Under the pieces are notes generated by a model. That model was not told where the DNA came from. It was given only the letters and a program-made list of their open reading frames with translations, and did no database searches. From contig NW_027362773.1 of the NCBI RefSeq assembly GCF_046119375.1, positions 208,630,001 to 208,694,000 of the forward strand: DNA of 64,000 nucleotides, written 5' to 3'. Made by a program: the position numbers and the translations under genes. Origin of the DNA: Phyllobates terribilis (taxonomy: Eukaryota). Positions within the stretch are counted from its first letter, which is position 1; the number at the start of each line of letters is the position of its first letter. This document shows, piece after piece, positions 47,825 through 60,392 of the stretch.

Positions 47825-48575
47825 AGTATAGAGCAAGAATTGTAATATGACCTTTCCGTCTGATTGATGGACAGCACAGTGCAGTTTATTTCACAGATGC
47901 CATGTTTAATAGTAAAAAACACAAGTAACTCTGAAAACTTTACTTGATTTTGGATTTGTTCAGAAAGCAGAGAATGAACCGGGCGGCGTCCTGCCGTATT
48001 GCACAGCGGAGGGTCCTCTTTGGTGTACAGTATTGATGTGAGGTACAGGCTGGTCCCCTCCCAGCGTCGGGTAGTGTACAGAGTCGGCAGCCGCACACCC
48101 AGGCGTTCTCCGCACTTAATAAAATAAACTTTTTACAGTATATAAATATCTCTTTATCACAAGTCATTCCAGAACTTTGGTCAGAAGTTCCAAATGATAA
48201 ACATTACATAAAAAAAGTCTTCACCCCCCAGCAAGATCCTCTGTGTACGGCGGCACGGGATCTCCAAACATTAAGCAGCAATATGGGTCTAGTGATGATG
48301 TCTTAGGGCTGGTCGGAGATCTTCATCGGGCAGCGTTTCTGCCCTCTTGTGGCGGCAGTAGGAGACTGCAGCAGTGTTTTGAGGTTCTGGGTTTAGGAAG
48401 AAATGTTGACCTTCTCGCTTGCCTTCCTTGCACTGGACAGGTAGTATCGACGTTCTGCGCTCAGTCACATAAATAGTTTTCCTTCCGGAGAGCACGATGG
48501 CGCTCTTCTTACTTCATGTCACGTTCCTGCAGCATTCACATCTAGTACTCGCCTCGCGGCTCAGCGTCGCCATGC

Positions 48576-51500
48576 TTAGTCCTTCTCTACTGTCCACTTG
48601 ATCATGGTCTCCGGTGATCGGTATAAGAAGATGAGCTTGGCGTACAGCTCTTCTTCCAGCTCCAGCTCTCCGCGCTCCCGCACCACGTAGATGTCCTGAC
48701 AAAGCTTCAGGATCTTATCTACACAAGGCAGCTCCTCAAACATGATGGAGTGCGAGATCTCGCTGAAGAAACCGCGCACAAACTTGCCAATGACCAGGAC
48801 GATCGAAACGTACAGACCCATAATTCTGCCGAAGACAAAATGGTGGATTTGGTGAAAATGTGTACAAACCATAAAAGCTTGTGTGAACGAGGCCTTAGGT
48901 GGCATTGCTCTTACCCATATCCAGCGAGGAAGCCCAGGCTTGGGGGGCTGACCTTGTCGTTAAATATAACCATGGGGAGGATGTTGCAGTCTCGCTTGCA
49001 GTCCTCCAGGTTGATCACCCACCACTCCACGAAGCTGTTGCTTGAGTTGCCCTCGCTTATTCGCTGACGGTTCAGGTGCACGTTCACATTCAGATAACTT
49101 TCCTCCTCATCTGAGAAACAGAGATCGGGATTTATACACAGAGACTCCGATTCATCAAAGCCTTACAGCAGCGCACCCGTCATCCAGGAGCAGCCGGGCA
49201 CCACTGAACGAAGTGTCGGGGACGTGAGTATATTTCCTGTCAACACTTTAAAAAAAAATAATTTGTGGCACATGGACATAAAACTGCATAGAAATTTGGC
49301 GGTAATTCAACCACTTTTCGAAGAAAGCTGCTTTTCTTTGTAGAAAACTACCTTGCAAAAAATGGAGCTCATTGATACACCGTAGGATATTATCAGGGCA
49401 GCCTCCAATCAATTTACCGTATTTTTCAGACCGGTTTAGACAGCAGAAAATAGGAAAAAATGTTTTTTCCTATTAATTAAAACTTCCCTGGAGGTGTAAA
49501 GTGGAGTGAGGTCATTATCGCAAATTTTAATGTATTAGGGTAGAATAGCAAGGTAATAAATCTATTGTTAGTGTCTCTGCAGTGTTATACACACACAGCT
49601 CTGCTACACGGAGATAGATACACACAGCTGTACTACATGCACACAGCTCCGCTACATGCACATATAGACACACACAGCTCTGCTACACGTACATCACATA
49701 GATCAGTGTGACCGGAGGGGAGACAGCAGCTCTCTGATCGGGAAGGACTATATAAAGCTGCCTCCGGACTAGGAGACACACTTTTTAACAAGGTTTTCTT
49801 GTTAAAAAAATGCTTCTTTATAGTCAAAAATACAGTACTTAAAAAAAGGTGATTCCAGCAGGTAAGTGACAAAATAATGACAGCTGCGTGTACAGTGAAT
49901 TCTCTTACCTGGCTGCAGCTGTTTCACAGGATTTGCCTCTGGTCCATTAGGGGCTCGGATGTACTTTGGAAACAAGTGGGGGACACATCTGTGCAGAGAG
50001 GGGTGGGTGAATAATTCAACATTTAGCATTGCCTTTCAATCAGTAGTAAAGGGGCATAAAGCTCTGAGATCTGAGCACTTACACAGGGGTCACTCGGGTG
50101 CCTTCTAAGAGGTCGGCCAGCTGCATCCGCACCTCACTCCCCGTCTCCAGGTCCTTAGTGTGTTTCTCTGATGTGTGTTCCACAGTGCCCCCTTTTGCCA
50201 AATCCCTGGAATAGCAAGAATTTGCAATACATTAATCAGGCTTTTAATTGCCAATTTTTTCATTCATCATCCAGCAGTCCCAATTCATCAAGCCTGGGAT
50301 TGATCACGTTGGTCTTGATGAGGGGACACGCTCAAGTCAGAAGGGCCCGATTCATTAAGAGGTGCATGTGTCTTAGGCAATGTTCACATTGCGGTTTACC
50401 CTATGTTCAATGCCTCTTAGGATTTGCATTCAATCCCGTAAAACAGGATTTGACCGACTATAATGATGCATGGAGTAACTCTGTTGTGCTTAGTTGTCAG
50501 ATGAATTGCACAATAAATTTGCAACTCTTCAATATATTACCAATTTTGATGTATATTCCACTTCGCAGGATGTATATACAGAAAGATATACAATGTGGGT
50601 GTCGTTACTGTACCGGTTCCATGGAAGGTCTCACCTCTGGAAGTCCCATGTAAATCTAAGTGTAATGGCTGACGATCCGTTCTTCAGCTCCTTCCTCATC
50701 TGCTCTCTGCTCGGAGGACTGATCCCCCATATGGAGCCGGAGTTCCCCTCGATTTGTGCGGTCACTATGTCTTCGTAGCTGTACAGCGTGATGAACTGCA
50801 TGGCTGTCTGAAACAAAACAGAAGAAGAAGATGACGACTTGTACATTGCTCCATGGCCTAAAGACCTAGAATATATTCTGTCTGAACCGTGACCGCTCAC
50901 CGGCTGCCGATCAAATTCACTGGTGAGCTTCTCGTATTCCTGGGGAGTGAAGGGCTGGATGGATTGTTGTTGAGCGCTCATCGTGAAGAGCGGCTGGACG
51001 GAGAAGAAAAAAAAAAAAAAATCAAAAAATACATTCACATGTCCTAGGGAACAAGGCAGCGCATGGAAGAGAAAGTTGTGGAAAAATGCACCGTGTGACT
51101 GCTACATCTGTCTCTAGCTAGGACTTGTTCACATGTTGCGTTTTTTTGCAAAGTGAGATTTCTCAAATAGCTTATTTTATTTTTTGCAGATATGAACCAG
51201 AGCGATTTTTCAAATCCGCATAGTGTCAATTTTTGCAGCATTTTTCACTTGAATGATGAAAATATTGTACGCAGTGTTTTTCTTTATCACTTCATTGGGG
51301 GACAATGAGGTTGACACTAGGCAAAAAAAAGAAATAGCTCCTCCTCTGCAGTATACACCCGCCTACAGGCACCAAGCTCACCAGTTTAAGCTTAGTGTCT
51401 GTAGGAGGTAGACCTGGATCCTACTGATCCAACCCTGTTGTGTTTTATTAATGTTTGTTCTTTATTTTTCAGATACAGCTCTTCAGGGTTAACAGGGAAC

Positions 51501-53010
51501 ACTGCGTCCCCTGTTATCCCCATTCTCAAGCGACTGAGAGGGCAGTGTGGCATTCCCCACTCTCGGACCCGCTGGGCAGGACCTATCCCCTGTCACCTTC
51601 AGGTATCTCAGGGTGATTCTCGGTGGCCAGTCCTTGCCCATTCCCCACCCCAGCCCCCTCCTCGGAGCGGCCTGGGAGGGAGACAGTGGTCACTGGGGTG
51701 ACCTTCCCCCAGATTCTGGGGTCGACACAGTCTCCTGCACTGTCCAGGACCGGTCAGTGCGGGAAGGAGGAAGAGCTAGGATCCCCCCTATCCACGGAGG
51801 ACCTCCTGTGACCATCCTCAGAGGGAGAGAAGAAGAAGAGTCATCGGGACCTTAAACAAAGGTACAATCCCTCCCAAGCCTCCTCAGCCCCAGGTCCCTC
51901 AGAGCACACGGCTATGGCACAGTCTTACCTGTCAGCGGGCCCCGTAAATCCTGGGATATTAATGGGGGCATCACACCACCGACGCTCACTTACAGCAGCG
52001 CTTCCCTGGCCACGCCCCCTCTCCACATCTTCACGGCAGAGCTCGCTCCGGGATCATTTATCACAGCATGGCGTCCCCCTCAGCATAGCATCCCCCACAA
52101 CCCCCCCTTTCTCTTTCCCTTTTGCGCGGCAAATCTGCCCGCGCCCTCTGTCGGGGGGCGTCTCGGGTGGGGCGTTACTCTTTCCGGCGGGTATACCCAC
52201 CCCCCCCCCGGAAATCGGCCAATCAGGACCGAGGAGCAATGTGATGCTTCCGTCACGCCCACAGTTCTCCCGGGGACCTATCAGCGGCTGAGTTCTTAAG
52301 CCCACCCCCATTCCATCTGCCTATCGGAGCTTCGACTCCCCTAATTACTCAGGGCAACACGCTCTGCTCCTGCCCCGCCCTCTACGCCGCTCTCGGTCTG
52401 GCTCCGGCAGCAGCATTCTGTCTGACTGCCTCATCACCGCAGCCCTGCTCCTGTCTCCGCAGCTCCGGACCTTCCTACGGGGGGATACAGGACCGTGCAC
52501 ATTCCAGACCGGGAGAAACCAAAGACAAGAAAAATACCCAAATGGTTAAAAGTAAATGTATAGATCGCACAGTGCAAAAATAATAATAAATAATAAAGGG
52601 TATTTAGTTAACATAATTTTGATCAAAATAATGTAAAAGCTGTCCCGCTACGTCACGGCATCCCTTGTGGGACAGTCCTAACTCTAATATTAAAAACCTT
52701 ACCATTTGTCAAGTGACATACATATGGACAAGGACAGAGAGACTGGATCCCTGGTGCAAGCATAAAACCGAGGCAGGATCAGCGTCCCAGCCCAGACAAA
52801 GGGCGGCCACACCCTTTTATATGCACTCAAGCATACTAACTGCAAAGAAAAAAAGGTTTTTAATATTAGAGTTAGGACTGTCCCACAAGGGTTTCTCTTT
52901 GTCTAATGGCCTTGTGTGAACATGCATTTACATTTTGCATGCACATCAATTTATGTTCCAGTTCACACCTTCAGGTTTTTACATTCCAGACCGGGTAGGC
53001 CCTACTCTGG

Positions 53011-53090
<80 letters not shown>

Positions 53091-56000
53091 CTCCCTCCTC
53101 TGCAGTATTCCTGGTTAGGCACATATGGCCAAACCCAGGGAGCTTTCTGTCCGTCCCACTCACACAGTCACATAGTACTGCAAAGAGCACAGGCGTAGTA
53201 AGTGGCCCGCAGGTCTGACAACGGCTTTCTGCTCGACCTGCAAGCCTCCCACCATGCTGGCACTCTAAGATTCCCCTGCCGCCCAGGACAGGGTAACTCC
53301 CCCTCCTCCGGAGTGGGCTGTTGCTATGTCCCAGTCGGTCTCTGACCTCACCAAGGTATCTCAATCTCTGGTGCAGGTCCTAGAACGCTTGCCCATGCTA
53401 TCCACGGCCACCAGTGCTCTGAACTTTCCAACAGACGATTCGCAGGCACCCCTGCCCCCTCCTCCTAAGGGCAGACCGAGGGCACGTTCTCAGAAACGGA
53501 CTCACACAAGTTCATCCTCCAGCTCTCCAGACTCCAAATTGCTCCCTGCATCTCACACCTCTTCCCCAGAGGTCACTCCGGGATCAGACGCGGCATCAGA
53601 TTCTGACTCTGGATCCGACACGGACCAATACTCTAAGGTCCAGGACATGGTTGACAGCCTTATATCGGCCGTCAATCAGACTCTGCATGTTAAAGAGGAC
53701 GAGAACCCTTCTCAGGACTACTCAGTTTCCTTCAAGAGAATAAAGCGCCCGGCACGCACCTTTTCTAACCATTCAGAATTTGATGGTGTCTTTCAGAAAC
53801 AGTGGGAGCATCCAGAAAATCGCTTCACTGGAAAGAAACAGACTTGCTATACTCCTTTAACCACGACCTCGTCAGCAGATGGACGGAGTCCCCTTCGGTG
53901 GATCCTCCTGTCTCTCGTCTCTCGGCTAAGATGGTACTGTCCCTTCCAGACGGTTCTTCCCTCAAGGACACTACGGATAGACAGGTTGAGGCCTTGGCTA
54001 AGTTAGCCTTCGAGGCTGCTGGCACCTCTTTGTCCTTCCTTCGCCTCAACTTGGGTATCAAAAGCAGTCTCCGCATGGGCCAAACAGCTTAGGCAGGGCA
54101 TCTTTATGGGGGCTTCCCCAGACGATCTGGCTGACCTAGCGGATCAGATCGCCCACGCAGGGAAATATCTGCTCACGGCATCCCTTGACGCCGCTACCTG
54201 TTCAGCCCGCGTCTTCAGCAATATCATCGCTATACGTAGGATTCTTTGGCTGAAGGCTTGGAACGCCGATCCTGCCTCCAAAAAATCACTAACAAATCTC
54301 CCTTTTCAGGGCCCCAGACTATTTGGGTCTAAATTATACCAGATCATCTCTGATGCCACTGGGGGCAAGAGCACTTCCCTTCCCCAGCCGAGACCTAATC
54401 GCCCCTTTCCTAGGAAATGTTCCCTTCAGTTCCGGTCCTTTCGTCGGTTCGCTCAACCAGGACCCTCCTCTCAACAGGACCGTACCCCAGCACAGCAAGA
54501 CAGACGTAAACCTACCTTTAGGCCCACTCCCAACTGGCGCGCAAAAGGTCGCTCTTCCAAGCCCTCTGGATCCTGATCCAACAGATTTTCCTCAGCATGA
54601 CGGGACACTCCCACCTGGGATTTCTCCCAGGGTGGGCGGCAGTCTACTTCTGTTCCGAGACCCTTGGGTATCGGCAATAGAGGATGCCTGGGTCAAGGAG
54701 ATTGTAACCTCAGGCTACAAGATCGAGTTCAACGCCATACCGGGAACACGATTTCTCAGGTCCTGCCACCCGCATCCATCTCTGCTTCCCGGTTTCCTTC
54801 AGGCCATTGCCTCCCTTCTGCGTTCAGGAGTCATAGTTCCAGTCCCCCTTCAGGAAAGGTGTTCAGGTTTCTACTCCAATCTTTTCGTCGTTCCAAAAAA
54901 GGACGGCTCACTACATCCGATCCAAGACCTCAAACAACTAAACAGACAGGTACGCGTACGGCACTTCAGAATGGAGTCCCTCAGGTTGGTAATCGCCTCG
55001 ATGGAGGCTGGGGAATATCTATGTTCAGTGGACATTCAGGATGCATATCTTCATATCCCAATCTGCGCACCACATCAGAAGTTCCTTTGATTTGCCTTCC
55101 AGAACGCACATTACCAGTTCACTTCTCTCCCCTTCGGGCTTGCCTTCGCCCCGAGGGTTTTCACAAAGGTAATGGCGACGGTCATGGCCATTCTACGAGC
55201 CAGGGGGATTGTAATTATCCCCTACCTCGACGACCTAATGATCAAGGGTCCCACGTTCAGGGACTGTCTCCAGTCTCCAGATCACCCTGAACACGCTCTC
55301 TCGGTTAGGCTGGCTGATCAACACAGACAAATCCTCCCTGGTCCCATCTCAGTGCTTAACCTTTCTAGGGATGCAGTTCGACACGACCCATGCCCGGGTC
55401 CTCCCGAGGGAAAAGATAGACTCTCTCCGTCGGGGAATTCACCTTCTCTCCGACCCAAGTCCACGCCGTCTTCGCCGATCCATGAGTGTCTTGGGAAAAA
55501 TGGTGGCAGCTATGGAAGCAGTGCAGTTTGCCCAGTTCCATACCTGGCCTCTTCAACTGGCCCTTCTGTCGGCATGGGACAAGAACCCGTCGTCTCTAGA
55601 TCGACGCATCAGGTTACCTCTTCATGTGAGAAGGTCATTAATATGGTGGACTCGTCCTTCTTCCTTCAGACCCGGGAGGTCATTCCTACCGCTTCGCTAG
55701 CAGGTGGTCACGACTGATGCCAGCCTCATCGGTTGGGGGGCAGTCTTCATCCACAACACGGCTCAGGGCCGTTGGAGTCCCCACGAAGCCACCCTACCGA
55801 TCAATATATTGGAGATAAGGGCAATCTACCTGGTGTTGCATCACTGGCAGGACATTCTTGCAGGGTCCCAGTCCGCGTACAATCGGACAACGCCACGGCG
55901 GTGGCGTACATAAACCGTCAGGTAGGAACGCGCAGCAAGTCCGTCTTGAAAGAGGTGACAAGAGTGCTAGTTTGGGCCGAGAACACTGTTCCGGCAATCT

Positions 56001-59000
56001 CAGCAGTCCACATTCCGGGGGTCGACAATTGGGCGGCCGACTTCCTCAGTCGGCAGGACCTTGCCTCAGGAGAATGGTCTCTCCATCCCGAGGTGTTCCA
56101 TCAGATATGCTCACGATGGGGCACGCCGGATGTCGACCTCATGGGGTCTCGGTTAAACCACAAGGTTCCATCTTTCGTAGCCCAGTCCCGCGATCCTCTT
56201 GCGATCGCTCAAGACGTGCTAGTCATTTCATGGTCTCAGTTCCAGCTGCCCTATCTTTTCCCTCCTCTACCATTGATACCTCGGGTTGTCAAAAAGATCA
56301 AGACAGAAGGAGTAGCGGTAATTCTAGTAGCCCCGGATTGGCCCAGACGCATCTGGTAAGCAGATCTAGTAAACCTGCTCGTCGACTCCCCCTGGAGACT
56401 ACCGGACCGTCCGGACCTCCTCTCCCAGGGGCCTATTCTTCATCAGAGTTCTCGTTCTCTGAATTTAATGGCATGGCTGTTGAGGCCGCAGTGTTGACGA
56501 AGGCGGGTTTTGCAGACAACGTCATCCAGACCCTAATTAGTGCCAGGAAACCCACAACCTCACACATATACCACAGAACCTGGAGAGCCTTTTTTCGTCA
56601 CTGCGAGAATGATCAGCTAGCTCCCATGTCCTTTTCGCTTCCGGTCATTTTGGTTTTTCTTCAGTCTGGCCTGGAAGCGGGACTCTCTCTAAGCACTCTC
56701 AAAGGCCAGGTTTCGGTCTTGTCCATTCTATTCCAACGTAACTTGGCTTTCCGTCCTCAGGTCAATACGTTTCTACAAGGGGTGGCTCACCTGGTGCCGC
56801 CTTATCGCTCCCCGGTGGATCCATGGGACCTTAATATGGTCCTGAGCGTCCTTCAACAGCCCCCATTTGAACCCATTCAGGATATCTCAGCCTCGCTGCT
56901 CTCCTGGAAGGTGGCTTTTCTTGTGGCTGTTACCTCTATTAGGAGGGTTGCAGAGCTCGCAGTCCTCTCTTGTCGGTCGCCTTTTCTGGTCTTCCATCAA
57001 GACAAGGTAGTGCTTAGCCAAGTGCCTTCCTTTTTGCCAAAAGTGGTCTCCTCTTTCCACATCAATGAGGACATTGTTTTGCCTTCCTTCTGCCCGACTC
57101 CAGTGCACCCTCGGAAGAAATCCCTGCACAAACTGGATCTGGTCAGAGCTTTGCATGTGTACCCTTCTAGAACGGCTTCCCTTCGGCGTTCGAACGCAAG
57201 GGTCTTCCTGCTTCCAAGTCAACCATCGCCCGTTGGATACGTTCGACCATTTTGGAAGCATACCGCGTCTCGGACAAATCTCCCCCTCCGGGGGTAAGGG
57301 CTCACTCCACCTGGGCGGTGGCGGCCTCTTGGGCTGTTCGCCATCAGGCTTCAAATTCTCAGATCTGTAAGGCCGCAACATGGTCTTCACTCCACACCTT
57401 TTCAAGGTTTTACAAGGTCCACACAAGGTCCATCGGCTGATGCCAGTCTTGGACGGAAGGTTCTGCAGGCAGCGGTTGCCCGCAGTCAGACCTAGTCTGT
57501 GGCTATCTTTTACTCTCCCACCCTAGGGACTGCTTTTGGACGTCCCATGGTCCTGTGTCCCCAAATGAAGCGATAAAGAAAGAGGGATTTTTGGTACTCA
57601 CCGTAAAATCTTTCTTGGAGCCTTCATTGGGGGACACAGCACCCTCCCTGATTTTGGGCATAGGTACAGTTGGCCCGGTTGGGCATCTAATTTAGTTTTC
57701 ACGGTTGTGCCCCGTTGGGCATTGCATAGTTAATTGTTTTATGTTCCTCCTACTGCTTTAGCCACTAACTGGTGAACTTGGTGCCTGTAGGCGGGTGCAT
57801 ACTGCGGAGGAGGAGATATTTCTTTTTTTGCCTAGTGTCAACCTCCTAGCGACAACAGCATACACCCATGGTCCTGTGTCCCCCAATGAAGGCTCCAAGA
57901 AAGATTTATGGTGAGTACCAAAAATCCCTCTTTTCCTGCCATCAGTGCAGAAAAAAACGCAACATGTGAACATAGCCTTATAGTCCTGTCCCTGAAATGC
58001 CCGTTTTGCATACCTCATATCCTCCCAGTTTGAAGGTCAAAGTCACATCGATCGGATGGTTGACGACTCCAACAACTGAACGCACCAAAGACATAAAGAG
58101 CAGAGGAAACCAAATGATACAGATGAGGAAAACGATGATGAGACCGCCCATGCCGTACTTCACCATCTTCTTTTTCTTCTGTCCTTTAGGCTGCGGGTAT
58201 TTCTGAAGAGGAGACAAATTTTACAATAACTCGAAATCTGTCGCAAAGTTTATTGAACTATTTAGATGTGATCAAAACTTTCTCAAATGGACCGAAAAGG
58301 AAAGAATCAAAGAGAAAAAAACAATTCTATTTGCTTCATTGAGGGTCCATATTGAGGTGTCACTTCCATTTGTCCCTGACTTCTTTATGTATATTATACA
58401 TTAAATTCTCTGAACGCTTGATATATTCCAGTCCGGTAAAGATCAGATATCAGCTGGCGGATTTCTTGTAAAACGGAAAATCATGATTCAGCCGTCACTA
58501 ACAATGAAACAGATTTTCCTCTGCTATAAAGAAGGGTGTGTCTGTAAAAAGAAAAGCCGTTTTCCTAATTTCTTTTCTTCCTCAATCGGCTTTATATGAC
58601 CTCATGAGAAAGAAAAAAATATATTCTTGATCGGATAGAAAGCAGGCGGTCCTGGCGGTCGTTCCAAATTCCTCTAGATACGGTGACATTATTCCATGAG
58701 CCAGCGCCATAAATATTCAGTGATTGTCGGCGGCGGGGGTCACACCTCAGCCTGAGCTCTTACAGGAATTTAGAAAATAATTTCAGCCCTTCTGAGTAAT
58801 GCAATGGATGCCGGCCCAGAATATATATATATTTTTTTCTTAGTGAGGTGTTCAGCTAAAGTAGGGGAAAAACTGATGATAGACTGATCGGTCCATATAT
58901 TACCTGATGAGCTGTGATATAACCGAGGCTGAATTATTAGTCACTGCAGGGCTACTAGGAGCCATGTTTGTTAGACGATCAGTGGGTTTCGGAGGCCGCA

Positions 59001-60348
59001 TGCAGGGAGCCCCTTCTGTAGACCTGAATTTTCATTCTTACCTTTTCAGTTTCACGACTGCACTTTATAATAAAGATATTGGCATAAATGTCCTCCACGC
59101 ACATCCAGTTGGATAATGAGAGGGTAGTGTCCGTCCAGACCCAGTCCATGACGGCCCGCAGCTCCACCAAGAAGGGAACCAGACGGAAGCTGCAAGAGAG
59201 CGGGACGTTATAGGCGGCAGCTAAGAGATGAGCAAATAATGGCGTGGGACCCTGGTCAGTCTTCTGCAGACCTCCTCCTACCTTGCCTTTTGATTAGCCG
59301 GCTTAGTGTCAAGTGCGTCAAGCCAGGCCAGCTAATCAGAGGAGAAGCCGGGGATGGAGGAGGCTATGGAGTACAGACCAGGGTCCTAGGAATCAACTTG
59401 CTCATCTCTAGCGGCAGCGTATCAGTAGTTAGAAGATCTTACACCGTAAAGATGTCTTACCCCTGGAAGAGGAAAAGGTTTACGTGGTTGTACTTCTTGG
59501 TCAGGAAGTTGCCTAGAATACGGGTTGGGTATCCACAGCGGATTTGATAGGCAGACAGGGCAAAGTAGATGCACTTTACAAAATACCACAACTGCGCCAC
59601 CGTGTTCTGACTGAACATCCTGGAGAATAAGGAAATAATAATGGACCAAGGTGTATAGATCCATCACGACATGGACTTTATGTTGGGGTTCTTACCTTTC
59701 AGTAACTGCAGGTAGGATGAAGAACATCCAGACATGGATGCCGATGACCAGTATCACCTGGAAGATCAGCTTCCCAAGTACGGTCTTCCGAAGGTACAGA
59801 GCTCGGTCGATCACCATAGTTGAGAACTGGATGAGAAGCATCACAAGGAAGGCCTCAGGGACCTGATCGTCTGACAGCGACGAGGTTATGTCAGCAGCGG
59901 CCGAGTGTTTCTAGAGGGGAGAGGAGCTTGAGCTCAATGTGATGGTGATGGGGTTGTAAATGGAGATTTGGTAACTTTAACTTTGCAGTCACTTACCCCA
60001 AATGCCCAGAAGCCAAACACGATGATGACAAAGTCCACCACGTCAGCGAGGAACATAAGAGCGTAGACATCGGTGGCCGCTCGGTACTGTGTATGAAGGA
60101 TGTCGTGGAAGAAAGCCTTCAATGGTTTGTACACTCCCTGCACCCTACAACAGGAACACGGTTACAGGACAATCTCAGATAGTAGAATCAGTTCGGATCA
60201 ATTAGCAGGACCTGGTCCAACATCCAGGACGGTGGCCTCCAACATCCAGGACGGGAGATGTAAGGCATTTATCATGGCTCCCGTCCAGTCTATTGTAGAC
60301 TACGGACCGGGACATGCGAATAAATCATTTTAAATAGGTGGATATTCA

Positions 60349-60392
<44 letters not shown>

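Larger units (their letters stand above)
51277..57934 (+). mobile_element. DIRS1-type tyrosine-recombinase retrotransposon (defective), antisense within a PIEZO1 intron
   Basis: Left ITR TTTTCTTTATCACTTCATTGGGGGAC...; right ITR ...CCCAATGAAGG...; internal complementary region about 57545-57640. gag (LAP2alpha-like, RRILWLKAW), RT (YLDDL, in-frame TGA at 55088), RNase H ([31 protein letters not shown]) and YR (HSTW...TFSRFY), with frameshifts. Confidence 0.95.

Noticed and set aside
48576-48825. PIEZO1 C-terminal substitutions (ERGELE, WTVEKD) as functional novelties
   Set aside because: Key pore and CTD residues ([19 protein letters not shown]) are conserved; the differences cannot be judged without an alignment.
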